Positions 36,625-47,940 of a DNA stretch of 64,000 nucleotides are shown piece after piece. The position numbers and the translations under genes are program-made. Position 1 is the first letter of the stretch. Each line of letters begins with the position of its first letter. The notes below the pieces were generated by a model, which was not told where the DNA came from, did not search any database, and saw only the letters and a list, made by a program, of their open reading frames with translations. The DNA lies in assembly GCA_002345425.1 (NCBI GenBank), contig DDWA01000019.1, positions 411-64,410 of the forward strand, in the 5' to 3' direction. This DNA comes from Bacillales bacterium UBA2298. Its GTDB lineage: Bacteria > Bacillota_I > Bacilli_A > Izemoplasmatales > Hujiaoplasmataceae.

Positions 36625-37253
36625 TTAATATAACTAAGTATTCAAGCAAAAATATGGATGTTAACACCTATATATTAGCGAAAGAAAACCAAGCATTAGT
36701 CATTGATCCGGGATTTAATGGTAAAACAGTTATCAACCACTGTGAAAATCATAATCTCAGAATTGAAGCTGTGGTTCTTACACATGGTCATTATGATCAT
36801 ATTAGAGATTTAACTTTATTGATTAATAATAATGACTTGAAAATATACATTTACATTGATGAATCTGATTTCTTATATAATCCTAATTTAAATTTGTCTT
36901 CAATGTTTAAAGATGATATTATTCTCAATAAGGAAATCAAAGTCACTAAAGTTGAAGACGGTCAAATCATTGAATTTAACAAGGAAAATTTAAAAGTAAT
37001 TCATTTGCCTGGCCATACAAAAGGGTCGATAGGACTATTATACAACCAACATTTCTTTTCGGGAGATACGCTTTTTTATGACAGCATTGGTAGAACTGAT
37101 TTGCCGACCGGAAATTCCGGCAAGATATTTACCTCTCTTAAGAAAATTAAAACGACACTCTCGAAAAATACTATCGTATATCCTGGACATGGTAAAGGCG
37201 GTAGATTACTTGATATTTTAAAAACGAATCCTTATTTTTCTAATTTAAATTAA
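36621..37253 (+). CDS. MBL-fold metallo-hydrolase
   Basis: 210 aa from the ATG at 36621, which forms an ATGA overlap with the glcK stop. The motif is THGHYDH. Confidence 0.8.
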   Translation: MINITKYSSKNMDVNTYILAKENQALVIDPGFNGKTVINHCENHNLRIEAVVLTHGHYDHIRDLTLLINNNDLKIYIYIDESDFLYNPNLNLSSMFKDDIILNKEIKVTKVEDGQIIEFNKENLKVIHLPGHTKGSIGLLYNQHFFSGDTLFYDSIGRTDLPTGNSGKIFTSLKKIKTTLSKNTIVYPGHGKGGRLLDILKTNPYFSNLN

Positions 37254-37254
37254 A

Positions 37255-37277
37255 AGCCAAAATATTTTGGCTTTTTT
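37255..37277 (+). terminator. Terminator
   Basis: The stem agccaaaat/attttggct is followed by T6. Confidence 0.8.
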
Positions 37278-37308
37278 CATTAATAAAAACGTTTTTATGA
37301 GAAAAAAA

Positions 37309-37335
37309 CTAGCACTCAACACTTGACATTGCTAA
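37309..37335. promoter_or_regulatory. CIRCE element 1 (imperfect), overlapping the -35 hexamer
   Basis: The sequence is CTAGCACTC-N9-CATTGCTAA, against the consensus TTAGCACTC-N9-GAGTGCTAA. Confidence 0.7.
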
Positions 37336-37351
37336 TAAGCTTTAGTATAAT
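37323..37351 (+). promoter_or_regulatory. Sigma-A promoter of the hrcA operon (TTGACA-17-TATAAT)
   Basis: Both hexamers are perfect, with a 17-nt spacer. Confidence 0.8.
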
Positions 37352-37355
37352 ATCA

Positions 37356-37382
37356 TTAGCATTCGAAACGAATGAGTGCTAA
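37356..37382. promoter_or_regulatory. CIRCE element 2 (near-perfect), immediately downstream of the -10 hexamer
   Basis: The sequence is TTAGCATTC-N9-GAGTGCTAA. Confidence 0.85.
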
Positions 37383-37393
37383 AGGGTGATTAT

Positions 37394-38403
37394 ATGACGA
37401 AAAGACAAGAAATAATTCTCAAATTGATTGTTGACGAATATGTTAAAGCCGCTGAACCAATTGGTTCCAAGACTTTGACGGAAATGCTTAATGTTTCCTC
37501 TGCGACAATCAGAAATGAAATGGGAATTTTGGAAGACCTTGGCTACATTGAAAAAACCCATACTTCTTCAGGAAGAATCCCTTCTGAAAAGGGCTATCGT
37601 TATTATATTGAGACCATAATTAAAAATCTTGATGAAGAAACTGATGGTTTTTTTGAGTTCGAAGAAGTATTTAGCAATAAAGATAATGAAAGAGACGAAA
37701 TCATAAAAGAAGCGATAGACTTACTTTCTCAGGCAACTAATTGTACCGCTATATCTTTGGGTCCTAATGCTTATCATTCCAAAGTGAAAAAAGTTCAACT
37801 AGTACCGATAACGAGTCATCAAGCGATAATTCTCGTAATAACTAACTTTGGTTATGTCGAATCTAAACAAATAACAATTCATGAAGAAATTGATACCGAA
37901 GAATTAATCAAAGTAATTGACTTGTTAAATGAAATGCTAGTTGATACGCCAATTTCCCAAGTATCAGAGAAACTTCATTATGAAATACAACACAGCCATA
38001 TAAAAGAATTACTGAAATATCGTGAAACGATTGTCGATTCATTTATCGAAGCTTTCTCCAAATTTGCTCAAACAAAATACTATTTAACCGGTCAATCAAA
38101 TATGTTATACCAACCCGAGTTCAATGATATCCAAAAATTAAGAGAATTCATTTCAACAATTGAAAATAATGAAATATTTAAGATTATTGAAGTTGATACA
38201 GAAGGAATTTCTGTAAAAATCGGAACTGAAAACCAAGTAACATCGATGCAAGATTGCACAGTTATTTCTTCAAGTTACGATACAGTTGATGGCGAAAAAG
38301 GAACAATTTCTCTAGTAGGTCCAACAAGAATGGATTATCGTAGAGTAATTCCTTTAATGAAATATCTAGCAAAACATATTCAAAAATTATATGAAGAGGA
38401 GTA

Positions 38404-38404
<1 letters not shown>
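37394..38404 (+). CDS. hrcA: Heat-inducible transcription repressor HrcA
   Basis: 336 aa from the ATG at 37394. The N-terminal winged helix reads RQEIILKLIVDEYVKAAEPIGSKTL. Its position upstream of grpE-dnaK-dnaJ supports the call. Confidence 0.9.
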
Positions 38405-40883
<2,479 letters not shown>

Positions 40884-40922
40884 AAACTTTAATATTTTCA
40901 AAGAAAAGCTTGAGGTGGTTTA

Positions 40923-42047
40923 ATGGAAAAACGTGATTACTATGAGGTGCTTGGTATTAGCAAGACTGCCTCTGATGAAGAAGTCAAAAAAGCATATCGA
41001 AAATTAGCAAAAAAATATCATCCCGATGTTTCAACTGAACAAAACGCAGAGGCTAAGTTTAAAGAAGTTCAAGAGGCTTATGATGTTTTGAGCGACCCGA
41101 CAAAAAGAGGTCAGTATGATCAATTTGGTCACCAAGCTGCTAACGCAGGATTTGGCCAAGGAGGTTTTGGTGGTGCTGGTTTTGAAGGGTTTGATTTTGG
41201 TGATATTTTCAGTGCATTTTTTGGTGGCGGTCAAAGAACCACTCGGCAAACAAACAGACCAAGAAAAGGCTCAGATATTCAAAGACGAATGTCAATTACA
41301 TTTGAAGAATCAATATTTGGCAAAACTGAAAAAATCAAAGTTCCGATATATGATGAATGCCATGTCTGCCATGGATTAGGCGCAGAGAGCAAAAAAGATA
41401 TCAAAGTTTGTTCACAATGTGGTGGTTCTGGTACGGTAATTATGGAACAACAAACATTGTTTGGTAGAACCCAGACAAGAACGACTTGTCCTAACTGTAA
41501 AGGAACTGGAAAAGAATTTATTAATAAATGCCCTAACTGTAATGGTGAAGGTGTTGAACGAGTTAGTAAAGAGGTTGAAATACGCGTTCCAAAAGGTATT
41601 GAAACTGGTCAACAAATTCGCCTAGAAAGTTTCGGAAATAAAGGCGCAAGCGGTGGTCCAAACGGTGATTTGTATATCGTATTTGAAGTCAAGCCTTCAG
41701 ATAAATATATTCGTGAAGGCGACGACATCATTGTTAATGTGCCGATAACATTTGCCCAAGCAGCTCTAGGAACAGAAATAAAAGTAGATACAGTGTACGG
41801 AGCGGTAATGCTTAAAATTCCGCCAGGAACTCAATCCGAATCAAAGTTCAGATTAAAAGGCAAGGGTGCTCCAAATGTTAGAACTAAGCAACTTGGAGAT
41901 CAACACGTCATAATTACAGTTGTTACTCCACAAAAGCTTAACAATCAACAAAAAAAAGCCTTTGAGGAACTATTGAGAGTTGAAGATGATGCACTGCCAC
42001 AGAAAAATTGGTGGGATAGATTCAAATCAAATTTTAATAAATCATAA
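40923..42047 (+). CDS. dnaJ: Molecular chaperone DnaJ
   Basis: 374 aa. It has a J-domain with HPD, a G/F-rich region and four CxxCxGxG repeats. Confidence 0.97.
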   Translation: MEKRDYYEVLGISKTASDEEVKKAYRKLAKKYHPDVSTEQNAEAKFKEVQEAYDVLSDPTKRGQYDQFGHQAANAGFGQGGFGGAGFEGFDFGDIFSAFFGGGQRTTRQTNRPRKGSDIQRRMSITFEESIFGKTEKIKVPIYDECHVCHGLGAESKKDIKVCSQCGGSGTVIMEQQTLFGRTQTRTTCPNCKGTGKEFINKCPNCNGEGVERVSKEVEIRVPKGIETGQQIRLESFGNKGASGGPNGDLYIVFEVKPSDKYIREGDDIIVNVPITFAQAALGTEIKVDTVYGAVMLKIPPGTQSESKFRLKGKGAPNVRTKQLGDQHVIITVVTPQKLNNQQKKAFEELLRVEDDALPQKNWWDRFKSNFNKS

Positions 42048-42052
42048 ACTAT

Positions 42053-42080
42053 AGGTAGTCGATTTGACTACCTTTTTTTA
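42053..42080 (+). terminator. dnaJ terminator
   Basis: The stem aggtagtc/gactacct is followed by T7. Confidence 0.85.
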
Positions 42081-42140
42081 TTGAATTTTCTTATAAAAAA
42101 TTGATCAATAAAAAAAATATAAATAATTTTTTATTTGCTG

Positions 42141-42169
42141 TTTACAATCAATATGCAAAGAGTTATAAT
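42141..42169 (+). promoter_or_regulatory. Sigma-A-type promoter (TTTACA-17-TATAAT) of the PadR/SMC-like operon
   Basis: The hexamers lie at 42141-42146 and 42164-42169, with a 17-nt spacer. Confidence 0.6.
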
Positions 42170-42249
42170 ATAAACATGTTATGTATAAACAAGAAATCTA
42201 TAATGTAATTATGTATAATATGATAATACATAAACACGTTATATATAAA
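42170..42249 (+). repeat. Two 20-nt direct repeats, ATAAACAyGTTATrTATAAA (42170-42189 and 42230-42249), plus a 21-nt imperfect palindrome ATGTATAATAtGATAATACAT (42211-42231); candidate PadR operators
   Basis: The repeats match at 18 of 20 positions and their starts are 60 nt apart. The first abuts the -10 hexamer. The second abuts the RBS. Confidence 0.5.
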
Positions 42250-42262
42250 AGGAGGTGAGATA

Positions 42263-42613
42263 ATGACTAACTCAGGCGAATTTGTCAGAGGTTTTACTGA
42301 TTATATTATTCTATCAATTCTATCTAAATTTGATAGTTATGGATATGAAATGTCAAAGATTATTGAATTTGTAAGCGAAAATAATATTCAATTAACCGAA
42401 GCGACTTTATATATTGCCTTAAAAAGATTATTAAATGACGGCAAAATAAATACCTATACCGGCAAAAACAAAAAAGGCATGGGTCGACGTTATTATCAAA
42501 TTACTCCAAAAGGTAAAAAATCAATTAAAGATTTCCGTAAAGATTGGATAATGATTGAAAATACTCTTTCATCATTAGTTGGCGGCAATTTTGAATATTA
42601 TCGAGAAAGTTAA
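42263..42613 (+). CDS. PadR-family transcriptional regulator
   Basis: 116 aa. The motifs ILSILSKFDSYGYEMSKII...TEATLYIALKRLLNDGKI...RRYYQITPKGKK form the PadR winged helix. A GGAGGTGA RBS precedes it. Confidence 0.85.
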   Translation: MTNSGEFVRGFTDYIILSILSKFDSYGYEMSKIIEFVSENNIQLTEATLYIALKRLLNDGKINTYTGKNKKGMGRRYYQITPKGKKSIKDFRKDWIMIENTLSSLVGGNFEYYRES

Positions 42614-42625
42614 GGAAGTGAGATT

Positions 42626-44047
42626 ATGAATATATTTGATATAGTTCCAAAACAATTTTTTAGTGTTTTATCTAGTAAAAATCATCGAGTTTATGTTTCC
42701 TGTATTCTTGAACTTTTTAAAGTTTATGAACAAGGTTCTATTTTAGGTATTGATCGCAATATCGCTAGACAAGCTCTAGTAGATTATTTAGATATAAATC
42801 CACTTGAAGAGGAGTTAGAAGAAGATGACAACGAAATTAGTGAAAGCGGAGAAACGTTAATTACTAACCGTGACCGTGCTAATCAAATTTTAAGAAGATT
42901 AGAAGAATGCGAATGGATAGACATTGATGTCAATAATGATTATGAAGAAATTTTAAATTTTAGAGATTACGCAATAACAATTATAGAAGCTTTAAAAGAG
43001 ATTGCAAATGACAGTTATTATGGAGAAGAAAGCGAAGCCCATGAATTTAGAGGATATATCTACACAGTTTATTCTCTGTTATCGAATGATCATGGTGAAT
43101 ATGCCTTAACGCTCGATCAAGTATATAAAAATACCATTGCTTTTGTGAGAGAAATTCGTAAACTGGATTCAAGATTAAAATATTATATCCGTACAATTGT
43201 TGATAATAGTGAAATTAAGGATTTGATCAATCTTTTAGTCAATTACAAAGTTGAATTAGTTGACCATGCATATCGACGCTTAAAGACAAGTGACAATATC
43301 AATAAATACCGCACGGAAATTGTTAAAAAATTGGAAGAGTATCAACAAAATCCTTTAATCATGGAGATGATTTCCAAAGAATATCTAATCAAAAATCATA
43401 ATGATCCTGATATTGCAATGATTAAAGCTAATAAAAAAATTGATGATATAATCGATATCTACAACTCAATATCTTACATAATCGATGAAATTGATAATAA
43501 GAATAAAATTTATGTTAACACGACAATCGCTAAAATTAAATTCCTATTGTCAGATGATGAAAATATCATTACTAAATTAAGTAAAATTCTTACATATACC
43601 GGAAATCACGTTCGTAAGAATCGCACAGTGAAAGCACTAAACGATATCGCGCCGCTATTTAATATTAATTCTTACCAGCAACTATCTTCAAGATCTGTTT
43701 ATACTCCAAGAGGAATTTACAAACATATTGAAGCTCAATATTTAGTTGAGAACAACGGTGCTCCAGATCGAAGATTGCAAGAAGAATTCTATGATGAATT
43801 TGAAACAAATTATTCTGAAGATGTTATTGCTAAATATTTAAAAGCTTACTTTCGCAAAAATAAATTGATTAGAGCATCAGAAATATTAAGAGATGATATG
43901 AGTGACGAATCAATTATCAGGCTGTTATACATTTTAGTATATGCAGGTGAAGAATTAGATTACTCAATTAATCCGCTATTTGAAAAAATAAACAACAAAC
44001 GATTCAATCTAGATGATTTTGAAATAATTAGGGGGTACCAAGAATGA
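42626..44047 (+). CDS. JetA/MksF-like (kleisin-type) subunit candidate of an SMC-like complex
   Basis: 473 aa, starting 12 nt after padR. The assignment rests on size, position as the first of three coupled genes, and an acidic linker (EEELEEDDNEISESGE). I recognise no catalytic motif. Confidence 0.45.
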   Translation: MNIFDIVPKQFFSVLSSKNHRVYVSCILELFKVYEQGSILGIDRNIARQALVDYLDINPLEEELEEDDNEISESGETLITNRDRANQILRRLEECEWIDIDVNNDYEEILNFRDYAITIIEALKEIANDSYYGEESEAHEFRGYIYTVYSLLSNDHGEYALTLDQVYKNTIAFVREIRKLDSRLKYYIRTIVDNSEIKDLINLLVNYKVELVDHAYRRLKTSDNINKYRTEIVKKLEEYQQNPLIMEMISKEYLIKNHNDPDIAMIKANKKIDDIIDIYNSISYIIDEIDNKNKIYVNTTIAKIKFLLSDDENIITKLSKILTYTGNHVRKNRTVKALNDIAPLFNINSYQQLSSRSVYTPRGIYKHIEAQYLVENNGAPDRRLQEEFYDEFETNYSEDVIAKYLKAYFRKNKLIRASEILRDDMSDESIIRLLYILVYAGEELDYSINPLFEKINNKRFNLDDFEIIRGYQE

Positions 44048-44649
44048 TTTTAGAAAAATATGATGATTTTAATTTAGGACAAAAACAGTTGTTTGCTAAA
44101 ACCTGCCTTAAGTTGCTGCAAAACAGTTTTATAGCTAGAGATAAAGAAGATAACAAAGAAATGTATTACTTCATTCTAAGTTTTAAAAACTATTTTGATG
44201 AATATTTTGAAGTAATGGATTTTGAAGTTGTACTAGATCGAGAAATGGGCGCAATTCAACTTGTTAATCGTGAAGGCAATAATCTCTTGCGTCTTAAAAA
44301 AGAGGAAACTTTGGTACTGCTAATTCTGAGAATTCTTTATCATCAACATTTAGTAAGGACATCAGTAAATGATAATGTTGTCATTAAAGTTGATGAGATT
44401 CACCAATATTACGATTCGCTTGAGCTCAAGAAGAAAATCAATAAAACAGATTTAGTAAAAATCTTAAGAACATACCGAAAATTAAATTTGATAGATCCGT
44501 TAGGAGACATCACTAAAGCTAACACGAAAATTGTAATATATCCGACCATTCTCTTGGCAATCAACACCCAAGCAATTAACGATGTTTATAATCTTGTCGC
44601 CAATATTGAAGATAGAAATGAAGGTGAAGAAAATGAAGAAACTGACTAA
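44044..44649 (+). CDS. JetB/MksE-like (KITE, DUF4194-type) subunit candidate
   Basis: 201 aa. Its start forms an ATGA overlap with the upstream gene. The size, the acidic C-terminal tail and the pattern ...YFDEYFEVMDFEVVLDREMGAIQLVN...LRLKKEETLVLLILR fit the DUF4194 layout as I recall it. Confidence 0.45.
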   Translation: MILEKYDDFNLGQKQLFAKTCLKLLQNSFIARDKEDNKEMYYFILSFKNYFDEYFEVMDFEVVLDREMGAIQLVNREGNNLLRLKKEETLVLLILRILYHQHLVRTSVNDNVVIKVDEIHQYYDSLELKKKINKTDLVKILRTYRKLNLIDPLGDITKANTKIVIYPTILLAINTQAINDVYNLVANIEDRNEGEENEETD

Positions 44650-47600
44650 AGTCAGATTGATCAATTGGCATTATTTTGCCAATGAAACAATTTATGTTAA
44701 AAATAACACTCTGATAACTGGGCAAAATGCTACAGGGAAATCAACAATAGTTGATGCGATTGCCTTTGTTTTAACTGCAGGCGACCAAATTTTTAATATC
44801 GCTGCTAATGAAAAAAGCAAAAGAGACCTGCGTGGATATGTCAAATGTAAACTAGGAACTGACACTCAAGAATATTTACGGGACACTGATACAACAGGAC
44901 ATATTGCTTTAGAATTCTTTGATGAAAGAAAAGAACAATACTTCACTATCGGTACAGTTATTGATGTTTTCGGCGATATCGTAACTCCAAAGGTAATTTT
45001 CTATGAATATCAAGATGCAATGCAAGAATCACTATTTATTGATGATGAAGGCCGTATTTTAACAACAGTTAACTTTAAAAAAACCAAACAAGCTAAGAAA
45101 ATCTTCCTAACAAGAAGAGAAGCAAAATTAGCTTTTAGATCACTATTTGGTTCAATTAACGAAAATTACTTTTCTCTTTTACCTAAAGCTTTAGCTTTTA
45201 AACCGATTCCTGATGTTAAAGACTTTATTTATCGATATTTACTAGAAGAAAGAGAACTTGACGTTGAACCGATAAAAGAATCAATTCATGCTTATAGAGA
45301 TTTAGAAGCCACTTTAAAGATAATCAAAGAAAAAGTTAATGATCTTGACCAAATCAAACATCTTTATGAAGAAATCAAAAATAACCAAGATCAAAAACAT
45401 TTCTATGAATACTTTTTACAATTGCTCGAAGTAGAATCTTTAAAGAATAAGATTGATCAAATCAACAAAAAACAAGAAAAGATTACAATCGCTAAAGAGC
45501 AAAACCAAGTGCTAATTAATGAAATCAATGCACAATTAGATATCCTAGAAGAAAGATCTCGTGAAATCTATTCAATGCTCAAAAATAATGACAGTTTCAA
45601 AGCTGCAGAGATTTACGACAAAGAAATAGCAGAATTGACGAAGAAAATTGATCAACAAGTTGAATTAAGAAATTATTCTGTCACCAAAGTCAAAAAGATG
45701 AAACAAGTCATGAATGAGCTAAAAAGCGAGCATAACAACAAGGTATACAATGAACTCATTAAAATAGACTTAGATAAAATCGATGACAATAATTATGAAG
45801 ATCAAAAACTAAAACTTATTACCATTAACAAAACTCTAAATGAAGTAGAAGACTCTAATAAAGTTAATCTTGGTAGATATCAACAAGTTAGAGATGACAT
45901 TGTCAAAGAAATTAATGAAGTTTACTTAACTTTAAAAGATTTAGAAAACAATCAATTAAGATACAATCCAATGATTAAACGTCTTCAAAATAAAATTGAA
46001 GAAGGAGTTTTAAAAAGATATGGCAAAGAAGTAAAGGTTCATATCCTTTGTGAATTACTTGAAATCACTGATAGTGATTGGGCTAACACAATCGAAGATT
46101 ATCTAGGACAACAACGGTTTAATTTGATTGTCGAACCAAGATACTTTGATGAAGCTTTAAATGTTTACAATCAAATTAAAGACACTTTGGATATATATGG
46201 AATTGGTTTAGTTAATACCAAGAAAATTCAACATTTTACCAATTTTAGAGATAACTCTTTAGCTTCTATTATCACATCAGACAATATTGATGCTGAACAT
46301 TATATCAATATGATCTGCGGTAACTTGATAATGGTAGATGAGGTTCAAGACTTAGAAAAGTATCCGCAAGCTATCACGAAAAGCGGTATGGTTTACCGTT
46401 CTTATACAGTTAGATCTTTATACAACAAAACTGAAAAACCTTTTATCGGTAAGAAAGCCAAGAGTTCTCAGTTAGAAAATTGGAGAGCTAAAGCAAAAGA
46501 ATTAAAGGATAAACATCAAGAAGTATCAGACAAAATACAAATGATAACTGAAGAAAACAACGCTATAGCTGCATTGAATTTAGAAGGATTCATCAATATG
46601 CTAAAAACTTATTATTCTTTAGATAGTTTAAAAGAAAAACGCAAGGTTTTAGCATTAAAGAAAAAGAATGTCCCTCAAGAAGACTTAAGTCAATTAAGAC
46701 AAGAATACGAAGATGTTAAAGATGAAATCAGAGATTATAACGCAAATCGTCAAAAAGCTTATCAAAAACAAGGCAAACTCGAAAGCGATGAATTAAAGTC
46801 TCATGAAGAACTTTTAGAAATTGAAAATTCAATTAAAGAACTTGAAGCTGTTCTCGATAAAAACGATAATTTAGTCGTTAAAAAAGAAGCTAAAGATCTC
46901 TATGAAATTGAATTAAAGAAAACTTCAAACATAACAAACATCTTTGAAGAGTATCAGAGCAAGATTCAATCAGAACTTAACAACATAATCAATCTCGAAG
47001 ATTCTTTAAAATCTAAACAAATCCGTTACACATCAAAATATAACTTGAGTTATAAATACGGAGTTGAGTACATGCAAGAATATTTGGATGAACTAGACAA
47101 ATTAGTTAAGTCTGAATTAGTTAAATATGAAACAAAAGTTAGAGAAGCGAGAGAAACGGCTGAAAGATTATTTAAAGAAGACTTTATCGCTAAATTAAGA
47201 AACTATATTGTATCCGCTCAAGAAGAGATCTCTAAGATCAATGAAACGTTAAAAACAATTCATTTCGGTGAAGACACATATGAGTTTATCTTCCCTAAAT
47301 CAAAAGAATACGGCGAATATTATGATATGGTTCTAAGTGATGAATCAATGAAAACCGGTGAAGAAATCTTTAATTATGATTTTGAAATGAAATATCAAAG
47401 ACAGTTGGAAGAATTGTTTATCAATCTCGCATCTGAAGATTTGAATTCCCAAGGTTCTGTCAACAAGTTTACTGATTACCGTACTTACATGGATTATGAT
47501 ATTTCCATCTCAAATACCGCTGGTGAACGTTATCTTTATTCTAAAGTCTTTAAGGAAAAGAGTGGGGGAGAAACGCAAGTGCCATTCTATGTTGCGACCC

Positions 47601-47872
47601 TTGCATCATTCGTTAGAGTTTTCGAGCAAGCATCTAGAGGTGTTGGTCATGATTCAATTGGTCTAATATTGTTTGATGAAGTGTTCGATAAAATGGATAC
47701 CTCAAGAATCAAAGCAATGATGAAATTTATTAAACAATTGCCAGTTCAAATCCTTCTAGCAACACCACCTCAAAAAATGGAAGTGTTATCAAAGTATACT
47801 GATACAACAATCGTTACCTTAAGAGATGGAAAAATTGCTAGAGCTTACGAAGTAATCAAAACAGATTTATAA
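44633..47872 (+). CDS. JetC/MksB-like SMC-family ATPase
   Basis: 1079 aa from the ATG at 44633. A GAAGGTGA RBS lies upstream and the gene overlaps the upstream gene by 17 nt. Walker A is GQNATGKST (44720-44746). A long charged, heptad-rich middle region follows. The C-terminal head has the SGGETQ signature and the LILFDEVFDKMD Walker B. Confidence 0.75.
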   Translation: MKKLTKVRLINWHYFANETIYVKNNTLITGQNATGKSTIVDAIAFVLTAGDQIFNIAANEKSKRDLRGYVKCKLGTDTQEYLRDTDTTGHIALEFFDERKEQYFTIGTVIDVFGDIVTPKVIFYEYQDAMQESLFIDDEGRILTTVNFKKTKQAKKIFLTRREAKLAFRSLFGSINENYFSLLPKALAFKPIPDVKDFIYRYLLEERELDVEPIKESIHAYRDLEATLKIIKEKVNDLDQIKHLYEEIKNNQDQKHFYEYFLQLLEVESLKNKIDQINKKQEKITIAKEQNQVLINEINAQLDILEERSREIYSMLKNNDSFKAAEIYDKEIAELTKKIDQQVELRNYSVTKVKKMKQVMNELKSEHNNKVYNELIKIDLDKIDDNNYEDQKLKLITINKTLNEVEDSNKVNLGRYQQVRDDIVKEINEVYLTLKDLENNQLRYNPMIKRLQNKIEEGVLKRYGKEVKVHILCELLEITDSDWANTIEDYLGQQRFNLIVEPRYFDEALNVYNQIKDTLDIYGIGLVNTKKIQHFTNFRDNSLASIITSDNIDAEHYINMICGNLIMVDEVQDLEKYPQAITKSGMVYRSYTVRSLYNKTEKPFIGKKAKSSQLENWRAKAKELKDKHQEVSDKIQMITEENNAIAALNLEGFINMLKTYYSLDSLKEKRKVLALKKKNVPQEDLSQLRQEYEDVKDEIRDYNANRQKAYQKQGKLESDELKSHEELLEIENSIKELEAVLDKNDNLVVKKEAKDLYEIELKKTSNITNIFEEYQSKIQSELNNIINLEDSLKSKQIRYTSKYNLSYKYGVEYMQEYLDELDKLVKSELVKYETKVREARETAERLFKEDFIAKLRNYIVSAQEEISKINETLKTIHFGEDTYEFIFPKSKEYGEYYDMVLSDESMKTGEEIFNYDFEMKYQRQLEELFINLASEDLNSQGSVNKFTDYRTYMDYDISISNTAGERYLYSKVFKEKSGGETQVPFYVATLASFVRVFEQASRGVGHDSIGLILFDEVFDKMDTSRIKAMMKFIKQLPVQILLATPPQKMEVLSKYTDTTIVTLRDGKIARAYEVIKTDL

Positions 47873-47898
47873 AACAACCGATTTCGGTTGTTTTTTTC
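47873..47898 (+). terminator. Terminator closing the SMC-like operon
   Basis: The stem aacaaccga/tcggttgtt is followed by T7, immediately after the stop codon. Confidence 0.85.
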
Positions 47899-47940
47899 TT
47901 GTTTTATTAAATTATATGTTATGATATTAATGGTGATAAA

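Noticed and set aside
44582-44632. The upstream ATG (44582) used by the ORF track for the SMC-like ATPase.
   Set aside because: It has no RBS and adds a hydrophobic 17-aa extension inside the preceding gene. The ATG at 44633 has a GAAGGTGA RBS and gives a typical SMC-head N-terminus.
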